NCBI GenBank assembly: GCA_033442325.1
Contig: JAWQFM010000019.1
Coordinates: 1,031,992-1,095,991, forward strand
From: Salpingoeca rosetta
Taxonomy: Eukaryota; Protista; Choanoflagellata
Direction of reading: 5' to 3'
DNA length: 64,000 nt
Shown: positions 40,038 to 64,000 of the stretch, one piece after another
Numbering within the stretch: position 1 is the first letter of the stretch
Layout of the letters: every line of letters begins with the position of its first letter
Notes under the pieces: generated by a model
What the model was told of the DNA's origin: nothing
Databases searched by the model: none
The model's input: only the letters and a program-made list of their open reading frames with translations
Translations under genes and position numbers: made by a program

Positions 40038-40601
40038 TGTGTGTGTGTGTGTGTGTGCACATGTGTACATGTGCGCTTGCATGCACGATTGCATCTGTGA
40101 GTGTAAGTGCATGCGCGTTTGGCTGGCAGCCACCCCGTCATTCAAAGCATACGCCAGCACTGGCCGTACGTGCATACTCCTCCTCACACGTACGTCACGC
40201 TTCCTGCTGTGAGCGTGCAACAGCTGCAGCAGCCGTCTGGGCGAAGAGAGGATGTGCACGTGGAGTTGTCCGAGGAGGAGCTTGATGCATTCTTGTCGTC
40301 CCTCAACGTTGCAAACAAGGTATCATCACGACAACACGGCTTTGCCCTAGCGCCTCTGTGTGTGCGTGTGCGTGTGTGTGCGTGTGCGTGTGTGCGTGTG
40401 GGTGTGGGTGTAGTTGTCGTGCTGGTGCGCTTGCTTGCCTTTTGTTTTGTTGTGTCGACTTCGTTTGCTTGTTTGTTGCACTTGCTGGCGTGTTGTCCAC
40501 AACATCCCACCCACTCTCACCACCACCACCACCACCCACTCTCACCACCACCACGTATTCATCATCGTCGCGGACAGCGGGTGCAGGCGCTGTCTGCGTG
40601 A
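38325..40601 (+). CDS. COMMD8: COMM domain-containing protein 8 (Commander/CCC complex); about 8 exons
   Basis: MMEAFASVEDAAAQQ / LVHGVIDGVCGQDPP / …WTSTVNTL / VRACLDARSNDLHK / ALIRKACAVGEACVVDFDWDVR / LAVSSSSMHTLKIPLVHLTLT / HVELSEEELDAFLSSLNVANK / RVQALSA*. This gives a COMM domain plus the IDG.CG N-terminal motif of COMMD8. Confidence 0.87.
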
Positions 40602-41124
40602 TATTGCCGTCGTCATGGTGTCGGCGTTCAACTGTTACATTACTCATTGCTGTGAAGACGTGAAAACATCAAGAGGATGAGGGGGGGGGGGAGGATTACG
40701 ACAGGGTGGCATTGAGACGTTGGGTTGCGATGTGTGCAGTGGGTGATGTGATGTGACTTGGAGATGTGCTGTGTGTTCTGGCGGGTGTGTTGGGCTGGCT
40801 GTTACCTGCACCGACTTGCGTCCGCTGCCTCTCTTGTTTCAGTGCGTTTATTGTCGATCATCGCGGCACGTTTGCACACACGCGCAAGAGCAAAGCACGA
40901 GCAAGCATGCATGGGATGTTGTGTTGCATGGCGAAAATAACACAGATGGTTGGACGCGTGAGACAATAAATAGATCCAAGCTCAGGAGTGGAAATGAACG
41001 AGTGAGAGAATACAAGAAAGAGCACATCCGCTGCACACAAATTAGCTAACAACTAGCTAACAACATCCTCATCACACACGCACACACGCACACGCACACA
41101 TACACACAGACAAATATGACGGTG

Positions 41125-41503
41125 TCAGACGAGTTCGGGTGCTGGTCTGATGAGCGCTGAGAGCTGGCGGACAACGGAGGCGGCGGTTGGTCTGGCGTGT
41201 GGATCCGCATTCCACCCGCTCGTAATGATGCAAGAAAGGCCGTGGGGACATGTGGTTGGCACGCGGGGGCGGGCATTGTCGAACGCCATTGACACAGCAA
41301 CAGACCCTGGCGATGTGTGATGGTGACAGGAGACAGGGGCACGGGGGGAGGGGTATGGTGAGTGCGAAAAGCACATGCATAGAAAGATGGACGAGTGGAC
41401 CAGACCAGTTTCGCAAACACTGAAGCAAACAAATACACGAACGAACACACCTACGAACAAACAAGCAAACAAGCACACACAAGCACACACATACACACAC
41501 AGA

Positions 41504-41546
<43 letters not shown>

Positions 41547-41750
41547 ACAGAAAGGCACACACACACACACACACAAGCAAACAGATGATGATGGTTCGTA
41601 CAGGCTTCTGTGACGAGACCAAAGGGGACCTGTCCTGTCTGCGTTTCCCACATGACGAGCGAGAGGCTGTACACGTCCGCAGCGCTGCTGTACATGTGTC
41701 CACCGCGAAACACCTCCGGCGCCATCCATCGCAGGTGCTGGCCAAAGGTT

Positions 41751-41824
<74 letters not shown>

Positions 41825-41826
41825 GG

Positions 41827-41872
<46 letters not shown>

Positions 41873-42446
41873 GGATGAGAACAGGAAGATGAGAGCAGGA
41901 AGGGAAAGAAAGAATATCACAACAGTGGTAGCACGAGCCAAAGCAATTGAAGCACAGCAGCCGGAGAATGCAACGACAGCCATTCACCCACACGACCCCT
42001 CGACTCCAGTGCACTGCTCGCGTACCCCTGGTTGCACGTGTGTGTGTTCGCTGCCGCGCCCAAACTGCTGTGATTCCCCAAAATCGATCAGAACAGCGCG
42101 AAACGCGGGCGAAATCATGATGTTGAAGCTGTACACGAGATGGATGTGTGTGTGTGCATGTGAGCGCGCGCGCGTGTGTGAGTGTGTGAATGAGTGAGGG
42201 AATGGAGTGTATGTGTGAATGAGTGAGGGAATGGAGAGTGAGGGAATGGAGTGTATGTGTGAATGAGTGAGGGAATGGAGTGTATGTGTGCGCCGGGGGC
42301 GAACGAAAAGACGAGAAAAACGAAATGAAAATGATTGGCTTGCTCTGGATCACACTCAAGAGTGCAAGCATCGTGAACACGTCAAGACAATCTGTCACAT
42401 CACCATGCAAAACCACCACCCACCGACCCACACACCCACACACACA

Positions 42447-42482
<36 letters not shown>

Positions 42483-42507
42483 ACCCACCCACACACACAC
42501 CCACACA

Positions 42508-42538
<31 letters not shown>

Positions 42539-44741
42539 TCTCTCTCTCTCTCACGCAACACCACCATCGAGCACGGTGTGTGCACCTTGTGACGTCGCCG
42601 TGCAAGATTGGGGGCTGGCGGGCGTGGAGATAGGCGAGACCGCGAGCCGCATCACGCATCAGCCGAAGCCGCGCCGTCTGCGCCAGATCCTGAGGTGACA
42701 CATGAGCATGATAATGACGACAATGACAGCGACGATGACAATCACAGCGGTGGTGTCATGAGGATTGCAGTGGTGGGAGACGGTTGAGCGTGAGCGTGAG
42801 ACTGGATTGGGCTTCACTGAACGAATTACAGCAATGTTACAGACGCGCGCGCACACACCCACACCCACACCCACGCACACGCACACACACACACGCACAC
42901 ACACACGCACACACACACACACACACACCTGTTTCTGGACGTGCAAAGCAGCGTAGAGGCTCGTGTCGCCCAAATCTTGCATCACAATCCAGAACTGGCC
43001 CGGTGTCGGCAAACAGACGCCCTGATATGTGTACACGAAGGCAAAACGACAACAGGAGTGACGTGCGGTCAAAGGAAACACGAACATGCGTTCCGTACAC
43101 TGCGCTCACTAGCACACACGCCACACACTGCTTTTTCGGTGGGTCATTGTTGGTTGTGCAAATGTCTCACCCTCCACCGCCTATGCATCGTGACTCACCA
43201 TGAACCTGACGAGGTTTGGGTGGTTGACCTGCTTCAGGATCTCAACCTCCTCAATGAACCGGGCAGCCACGCTTCGCACCGCTCGCAGCCCGTGCTGTCA
43301 TGTTACGAGCGACAATAATCAGGAGCCAAAATGGGTGAGTGGAGAAAAACACACACATATACATGCACTTGTGCACATGCACACACAAACACACGCACAT
43401 GTGCAAACACACGCACACACACACACACGCCCACAAACACATGCGCCAACGAACACTGTGTACAAACCCACGCAGCGCATACATGCCGTGACGTTTGCAT
43501 GCGCGAGCGTGTGCGTGTATTTTCTTGTGCGCGTGTATGCGTGTGTGTATGTGCGTGGTTACCTTGAACACTTTGACGACGGCTTGCTCTCCAGAAGCAA
43601 TGCACCGACGAACCTGTCATGCCAATGAGCGATGGTACAGTATGAGGCACGAGGAGGGCAGTACATGCAAGCGTGACGCGAAGAGAGGCGACAAGCACGT
43701 TCGCACATGCGCGGAGTGTGTAGTGTGTGTATGTGTGCGTAGTGTGTGTGTAAGGGTGGCGTGGCCCATAGACGAAGACACACGCAGAGGAGGACATGAC
43801 GTGCACATGTGCGCTTGCTCACTTCGCCAAACGCGCCGTCGCTGACGCGGTTGTGGAGGACAATGGCATCGCGCGTGAGCAGTTGGTCGCGGGGCCGGAG
43901 GTGGCGGCGCAGGCTGGTTTGCAGTTGGGCGGCAAACGCACAGCAAAGTTGTTGGTATGCACGTGTGAGGACACACAAGCGTCGCCAGGAGCCATCACCA
44001 CCAGCACACAAAACGCGCACACACGTTGACACGACAACACAGGACAACACAGGACAACACACAACACACCACATCACACCACCACAACACACCACCACAA
44101 CACACCACAACACAGAAAAGCAACACACTACACAACACACCACAGCAACACAGGACACCACACCACCACCAGCGTTCTCCTGCAAGAGAGTACCTGTAGA
44201 GGCGCTGCTGGTCGAGAAGAAAGCGGCGGAGACGACCAAGTGGCGTTGGGAGGTGCACACGTGTCAACGTGAGCTCGAGACTGCGCGATGATGTGCAGTT
44301 GGCGCGGACATCCATCGCCACCGTTGAAGGTGCGGCGTTGTCAGTGTCATCGTCATCACGATGATGGTGGTACTGCTGCTTGCGCTTTTGTTTCCTCAGT
44401 TCTCGCAACTGCAGAGGTTGAGTTGTGAATGTGCGAGACAAGGCGAGGGTCGTGAGCAGCATGCTTGGTTGTGTCACTTTGGAGGCAGCAGATATGGAAA
44501 GGCACGTAGACACAAGAAACATGCGTACAGACGTACGTATGTGTGCTATCGCGCATATTTTACAAACGCATGTATGCACGCTTTCACACACACACGCACA
44601 GACACACACACGCACACACACACACACGCGCATACTCACGTGCTGCTCCAGCATGGACAGAATGTGGTCTTGGCCCATGATGGCGCACAGGCGAATGCAA
44701 TTGACGGGCTTGCTGTCCATCTCCTCCCACACGCACGAGCG

Positions 44742-44775
<34 letters not shown>

Positions 44776-47700
44776 GGTGCTATGCCTGCAGGCACGCTGC
44801 ACTCGCCATCGTCGCTGTGCGAGTGCGCTGGAAGGTGGTGCGTGGTAGCCGTGTGTTTCCTGTGTGGAAGTGACGCGCACGCAAGGTACTCGTGCATGCA
44901 GAACAGGCGGTCGTCGTTGAGGGTGAGCGGGGTGCTGTCGCTGCGTGGGCGCCGCCTGTATCCGTTTGGCGTGGGCATCACCACGTAGCTGTTGGCCGTT
45001 GTGGACTGCGACAGCCGTGAGCGCTCGTACTCATCCAGCTCTCCGGACAGCGCAATCGAGTTGCTGTTCTCAGAGCGGGTCGCGCTACTGCCGCTGCCGC
45101 TGCCATTACCGCTGCACCCATCAACACTCGCACCCCTCGATAGCGCGTGCACAGCGGCAGCAGCAGAGGCGGTACGCCGCGTGTCGCCCGCCACAGTATC
45201 GCCGCGCCGCCGCCGCCTCCGTTGCTCCCCGGTCGCTAGTGCTGCTGTTGTCGTTGGTGGTGTGACAGGGAGCCCTACTCTCCTCGCTGCTGCTGCTGAT
45301 GATGACGTTGATGATGATGATGATGATGATGGTGTTGGTGGGGTTGATGCTGACCGCTGGAGTGAGTGTGGCCGCGCCGTTGCCGCTGGCGAATCGGTTG
45401 GTGCCTTCCTTCCCACAATACCAGCACGCTTCACACCACCGCTGGCACTGCTGCACTTGTTGCTGCTGCTGCTTCTGCTGCCTCTGCTGTTGGTGTTGTT
45501 GTTGCTGCCTCTGCTGTTGGTGTTGTTGTTGCTGCCTCTGCTGTTGGTGTTGTTGTTGATGGAGAGGGAGGACAGGCGGGCTAGCAGTGCCGTCGCAGAC
45601 GGGACGGTGGAGGGCACAGTCGCTGTCGATGTTGCCGGCGATGACGGTAACTGGTGCGATGGCGGCAAAACAACGCGGCCCCTCACAATCGACACATAGT
45701 CGTGGATGTGCGACACGTGCATGCTTCCCACGCTCGCAGTTGTGCTGTCGCTGCTGCTTCTGCTGCGGCCACGCCCCAATAATCTGCCACTGGTGTCGCT
45801 GCGACCGTGCATGGCGGCCGTGGCAGGGGCGGTGAAGGGAGCTGTCACACTCGAGATGCCAACCGTCGCCGGGGATGACGAGTAATGCTGCATGGCGGCG
45901 CTGCTGCTGCTGTTGGTGGTGCTGTTGGTGGTGGTATGGGGGTCGTGTACGCTGGGGTTGTGGTGGCTCTGCATCTGGTTGGTGTTCAGCTCGTGGTTGT
46001 TTCCGCCAACGTGGCTGGCGTGCCGGGGGTGAATTGGCATGGGCAACTGCAGGGGTGTTGGCGAAGTGAGCGACTGCCCGCGTCGGTTGGTGGCAGACAT
46101 GAGCGAGATGTATCCGTTGCTCGCGCGCACGTGCGGAAAAGGGTTCGCATTCAAACCACCACCACCACCACCCTGTGGTGCGTGCTGCTGCTGCTGCTGC
46201 TGGTGGTGGTGGTGTTGTTGTTGTTGTTGCTGTTGTTGTTGTTGTTGTTGTTGTTGTTGCTGTCGCGTTGCTGGCGGGGAGGTAGACGAGGTGGCGGTGC
46301 ACGGCTGTCGGTAATATGATTGGGTCGACGACGATGAACGGATGCTGCTGCTGTCACTGTCACTCGCCCAATCAATGAGACTTGGGCGCGGGATGCGCGC
46401 AAGCACGAGAATGGATGCACCAACATCCAGCAGGGCGCAAACGGCCGCCTTGTTTCCGCAGTAGCACGCAACATGAAGCGCTGTACACACACGCACACAC
46501 ATGTTGTGAATTGCACACGCACCGGTGAGAAACGCAAGGGCGACATGCACGTTACAGGTACGCAGAGTAGACTGCACATGCATTCAGAACACGGTTGTGT
46601 CACCTACCACACGCATACACACAAGCTCACATACATACGCATACACACAAGCACTCACGTAAACACACACAAGCACTCACGTAAACACAAACACACACAC
46701 ACACACAAAACCACGCACACATACACACGCACACACACACAAAAAAAAAAAACCACGCACATACACACAGAGCGTAAGTTGTTCACGCACGTGTTCGCGA
46801 TTGCGCCGCGCCAACATTTGGGTCGAGGCCGTGGTCAGAGACCAGGAGGGCAACGATGCTACGCACAGCTGCAGCGTTCACGTCGCCGCGGGCCGTGCAC
46901 ACGGCGTGGAGCGGCGTGTCACCGTATGTGTTGGCGTGTTGGAGCAAACGCATGGGGTCTGTGCACGCGGCAAGCACCTTGCGGACGGCTGACTCTTGCG
47001 AGTGGTAGCAGGCATCGTGCAGCAGGGTGTTGTTGGTTACGGGCGACGTGTCGTGCACATGTGTTTGGAGCGGGCGGTCGAGATTCGCCGGCAGGTTGCC
47101 GTTGGCACACGCCACGCTCAAGGGTGACAAGCCGCTCTTGTTGTGGGTTACAAACACATCCGTGCGGCCTTTGCACGCGTTCAATAGAGGGGGCAAAACA
47201 TCGCTGCCCTTGCTGCGCAAGGCGATGTGCAATGGCGTGTTGCCGTGGTTGTCCTGTGCCGCAATGTCGTCGTGCCCTTGCTGCAGGAGCGCTTCAACCA
47301 AGTCCTTACGGTTGGCGGCCACTGCCTCATGCAATGGCCACGTCGACCTGATCGCAGCAGGCTCCCTCGCTCCATCACACGGGCCGTCATCCTTGTGTGC
47401 ATGTGTTTGTATGCGTGTGTGTGAGTGTGAGTGTGAGTGTGGGTGTGAGTGTGGGTGCGTGAGTGTAAGTGAGTGTGAGTGTGTGTGAGTGTGAGAGTGA
47501 GTGTTTGTATGTGTGTGAGAGTGAGTGAGAGTGAGAGTGAGTGTTTGTATGTGTGTGAGTGTGAGTGTGTTTGTTTGTTCGCGCATTTGTTTGTTTGTGC
47601 ATGTGTTCGTATGTGTGTGAGTGTTTGTATGCGCGTGAGTGTGAGTGTGTTTGTGTAAGTGCGATGTGCATGTTGCCAATGTGGTGTATGGGCTGGGCAA

Positions 47701-48350
47701 CCGTGTGTGCACAGGCACAGGAAGCATCTCTGTATGGGACGGTGAAGGAATTCGAGGAAGTAGGCTCGCTGCCATTGCCGAATATGCACTGCAGTCACCC
47801 TCGGTATTGCGTGCAATGATGAAGGTTGGCACGCCACAACATGCCCTCTGTTCTTCATCATCGTACCATTTGCATGGGGACAGCTGCTTGGGAAAGTGGA
47901 GGCGAGAGGGGCCCTGGAACGAAGTTGGTGGACAAGGGAAGGAAGGTGGCGATGGCGATGGCGATGGCAATGGCGATGGTGGGGGGGGGCACGTGAGTCT
48001 CGAGTGGAACGGGTGTTCAAATGCGGGACAGCGCGATGAGTTACAGAAGGATATTGATCAAACCTGCACACAGGCGAATAAGCAGTCAATGAGGAAGGAG
48101 TGCACTTCATGAAATGCGACTCACGCGGGGTGGTCGTGCTGGCCGGGGCCGACGATGGAGGCGGTGAGGATACCGAGGATGATGGCGGCGTTTGAAGTTT
48201 TGACCTCATGCCTGTGCTGCTGACGTCACGTAATGGGGCAGCCTTGCCGCAGCACATCTTGTGCACATATTGGATACAGACTGGCACCCACGCAACCGCC
48301 TCATCTCCACCGCCGCCAAGACGACCATTGCTCGCATCGTGCGCATCCAT
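41125..48350 (-). CDS. TNNI3K: Ankyrin-repeat + TKL protein kinase, TNNI3K-like; multi-exon; 5' start uncertain
   Basis: Ankyrin repeats: WPLHEAVAAN, DNHGNTPLHIAL, SGLSPLSVAC, NTLLHDACY, YGDTPLHAVC, TALHVACYCG. After a long low-complexity linker, kinase motifs SDGAFGEV, AVVKVFK, FIEEVEILKQVNHPNLVRFMGVC, ARGLAYLHARQPPILHGDVTSFN, IDFGES, QPGHLRWMAPEVF, ADVYS, GWNADPHARP. DFGES and QPG.LRWMAPEVF recall TNNI3K. Confidence 0.8.
45477..45557 (-). repeat. Coding 27-bp tandem repeat x3 (NNNTNSRGS) in the ankyrin-kinase linker
   Basis: GCTGCCTCTGCTGTTGGTGTTGTTGTT occurs three times in tandem on the + strand. Confidence 0.9.
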
Positions 48351-48932
48351 GCCGTGTGCGCACGCGCACGAAGCTCAAGACACGGTGCGTGACAATGGGG
48401 CTTGTGGCTTGTGCACCAGCTGCTGCTGCTGTGGTTGGCTGGTGTGGTTGATGATTGCGATGACGATGGTGATGGTCGTAGCTGTCTTCTTTCGTCTTCC
48501 TTCTTCCTCTCGTGCCCAAAAGGTCGGCTTTGTTACCGAATGTTAATCGAAATCTTCAATAAATAATCGAACCAAAACAAATTAGTGTAAAATATGGCAA
48601 ATGTTCTCCAGCCGTTATGTGCCGCGAAGCATTCAACCAACGGAAGACAACCAACGACTGAGCGAGTGCGTTGTGAGTGTGTGTGGGTTGTGTGAGTGTT
48701 TGTACATGCGTGGGTGGTGTGTGTTGTACGTGAGTGCGTTGTGTATGTGTTTATACATAATGCGTGGCCGGTGTATGTGTTGTATGTGTGCTGGATGGCT
48801 GGTTTGCTCGCTTGGCTCTGCGGCTTGCTCTACAAAGGCGTTCTCGCCTGTTTCAACCCTCAACACCCCGCCTCTCTTCTTGGTTAGGGTGCATGTCAAT
48901 TATTGCCACCATCCTGGTCTGAACACTCAGGG

Positions 48933-61986
<13,054 letters not shown>

Positions 61987-62749
61987 CACCATGCAGCAAT
62001 GGTGGCGAGAGAGTTTGTGTTTGTGTGCATGTGTGGTTTTGTTCGTTGGGTTGTGGCAGCTGTTGTGTTGAGTTCTGTTTCGTTTCGTTGCGTCGCGTTG
62101 CGTTGCGTGCCCCGGCTCACATGCTTCTTCTCCCCCTCTCAACTTCCATGTGCGAGTCAACCAGACGCCTATGAAGCGCTCCAAGGAAGTCACTGCCTGA
62201 GCCACCGCGTGTGTGCGTGTGTGCTTGTGAACGTTCACATGTGTGTGCGTGCGTGTGTGCGTGTGTGTCTCTCTCTCTCGTTGAGGAACACACAATTGCT
62301 GCTTTTGTTGAATTTGAATTGCCATGCCTTCCTACCGTTGACTTTCTGCATTTCTGTTACTGCCTAACTGAGCCAACTACCACCACCACCACCACCACCA
62401 CCAGCGCGAGAGACACAATACTGTTCCTAACCTCCCTCGCCCTTGTTTCGTTGTCCTTTTGTCATCGTGTTGCGTTTTCTGTTGCTGTGTTTTATTGGAA
62501 CAACACGCTCTTCCTTCCCTTCTCGCGTTCTCTCTGTTTGAGGCATCAATGGGTTTTGATGGGCCATGTAGATGCTGGTGCTGCCGTTTGTGTTTGTAGA
62601 AGTGAATGTACGACAGAACCAAACTCGCCATTGGCAAGGAGCGCAACCGATGCGCGCGCACGCACACACAGAAAAACACAACCAACCAACCAGCCGACAC
62701 ATACACACACAACACACAACACACAACACAACACAACACAACACAACAC

Positions 62750-62806
<57 letters not shown>

Positions 62807-62829
62807 CGAGATCACGGGTGAGCAGCGGA

Positions 62830-63682
62830 TCAAGCCGTGGACTCGTCGCTGGCCGCGTCCTCCTTCTCCTTGAGCAGCTTGATGCCCTTGTACAGCGCGC
62901 AGATGATCTCCGCCTCCGTGATGCAGAAGCGCGCGCGTGGCGAGATGTCGCACACACCGCCCTCGCCAATCGGCGTGTGCTCTCCGCCAATCCCGCGCAC
63001 ACTCAGCCCAAGCGGCTTGCACACCTCCTTCGCCTTGGCATCTGTCCCGTCAGCCGTCAGCTTCGGAAGCCCAATGTGCACGCTCGCGCGCATCCCCGTG
63101 CCCAGGTTCGTCGGGCAGCTCGTCACAACGCCGTAGTCTGGCGACATGGCAAACGACAGGCCCTCAATCCCGCTCACAACATCAAGCGCCGTCTTGAGCC
63201 GGTCAAACACGTCGTTCAGCACCGTGCCCTTCTTCATGCACATGATGCGCAGGTGGTCCTCCTCGCCAACCCAGATCACAAACCCGCGGTCCTCAGACAC
63301 GTAGCACCCGCGCCCGTACGGCCAGTCAGACGCAATGCCCGCGCTCGCCAGGTACGGGTCTGCCGCCATGTCCTTGAACATGATGTGGTCCGCCACCAGC
63401 TGCTTGTACTCCTCGTCGCTGATCTTGTCCGGGTGCCCGGGCGTCAGCGAGTTGTACCCGCCCCCGTACTCGGGCATTGCCTTGAGCTTCTCAAACGCCT
63501 CGCACATCTGTGTGCCATGTGTGCCATGTGTGTGCGATGTGAGTGATGTGTGAGCGAGCGAGGAAGAGAGTGGGGTGGGGGCGAGGTGAAGCAGTGAGGG
63601 CTCACGCATCAGGGTATGAACGCACACGCATACACACATGCACACACACACATGCACACACACACATGCACACACACACATG

Positions 63683-63713
<31 letters not shown>

Positions 63714-63977
63714 TCTTCTCGAGGCTGACGCGGTCCTCCTGCGTCATGGCGCCTGGCAGTGGGAAGTCAGCAAGGTTGCGTCCAACGCGCACGCGCATGC
63801 TCAGGGCTGGCAGCCCAAGTGCCGCAAGGTCGAGCTTGCCGCCCTCAGGAAGGCCCTCAACCCCAGACAGGTCCCAGCTGTTCACGTGCTTGGCATCCTC
63901 GGCAACGCCGTGGTAGTCCGCAATCACCTTGCTGAAGAACGGCTTGAACCGGTCGTAGTCCGCGGGCTGCATGGCGT
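62830..63977 (-). CDS. Phosphagen kinase (ATP:guanido phosphotransferase), last two exons (63977-63712, 63507-62830); 5' part beyond the window
   Basis: SMRVRVGRNL, FPLPGAMT, LVADHIMFK, DWPYGRG, WVGEEDHLRIMCM, TSCPTNLGTGMRASVH, SVRGIGGEH, DISPRARFCITEAEI. Confidence 0.95.
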
Positions 63978-64000
63978 CTGTGTCGTGCCGTTGTGCACGT

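Noticed and set aside
38681-42290. Short intronic tandem duplications (20-bp x3 at ~38681-38742; ~29-bp x3 at ~42188-42290)
   Set aside because: Consistent with ordinary replication slippage in repeat-rich introns; no sign of function.

Overview
Intron-rich eukaryotic genomic DNA whose introns are packed with (CA)n/(TG)n and triplet microsatellites. The style and gene content (receptor tyrosine kinase, animal-like STE20/TKL kinases) point to a choanoflagellate, probably Salpingoeca rosetta-like; this is inference. Most ORFs in the track are microsatellite artefacts, so genes were reassembled by hand across GT-AG introns. In order: 3' end of an unknown + gene; an intact spliced PIF/Harbinger transposase with a candidate terminal inverted repeat; an OSR1/SPAK-like STE20 kinase; a DNAJB6-like co-chaperone; a receptor tyrosine kinase; a MEI1/PRD1-like meiotic protein; an Mpv17/PMP22 protein; a bacterial-type AlkD DNA glycosylase head-to-head with COMMD8; a TNNI3K-like ankyrin kinase; condensin II subunit NCAPD3; and the 3' part of a phosphagen kinase. 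The most striking item is the receptor tyrosine kinase at 16574-23774 (-), whose ectodomain looks like a bacterial ABC-transporter sugar-binding protein, making it a candidate solute-sensing RTK. All family assignments rest on remembered motifs, not database searches.
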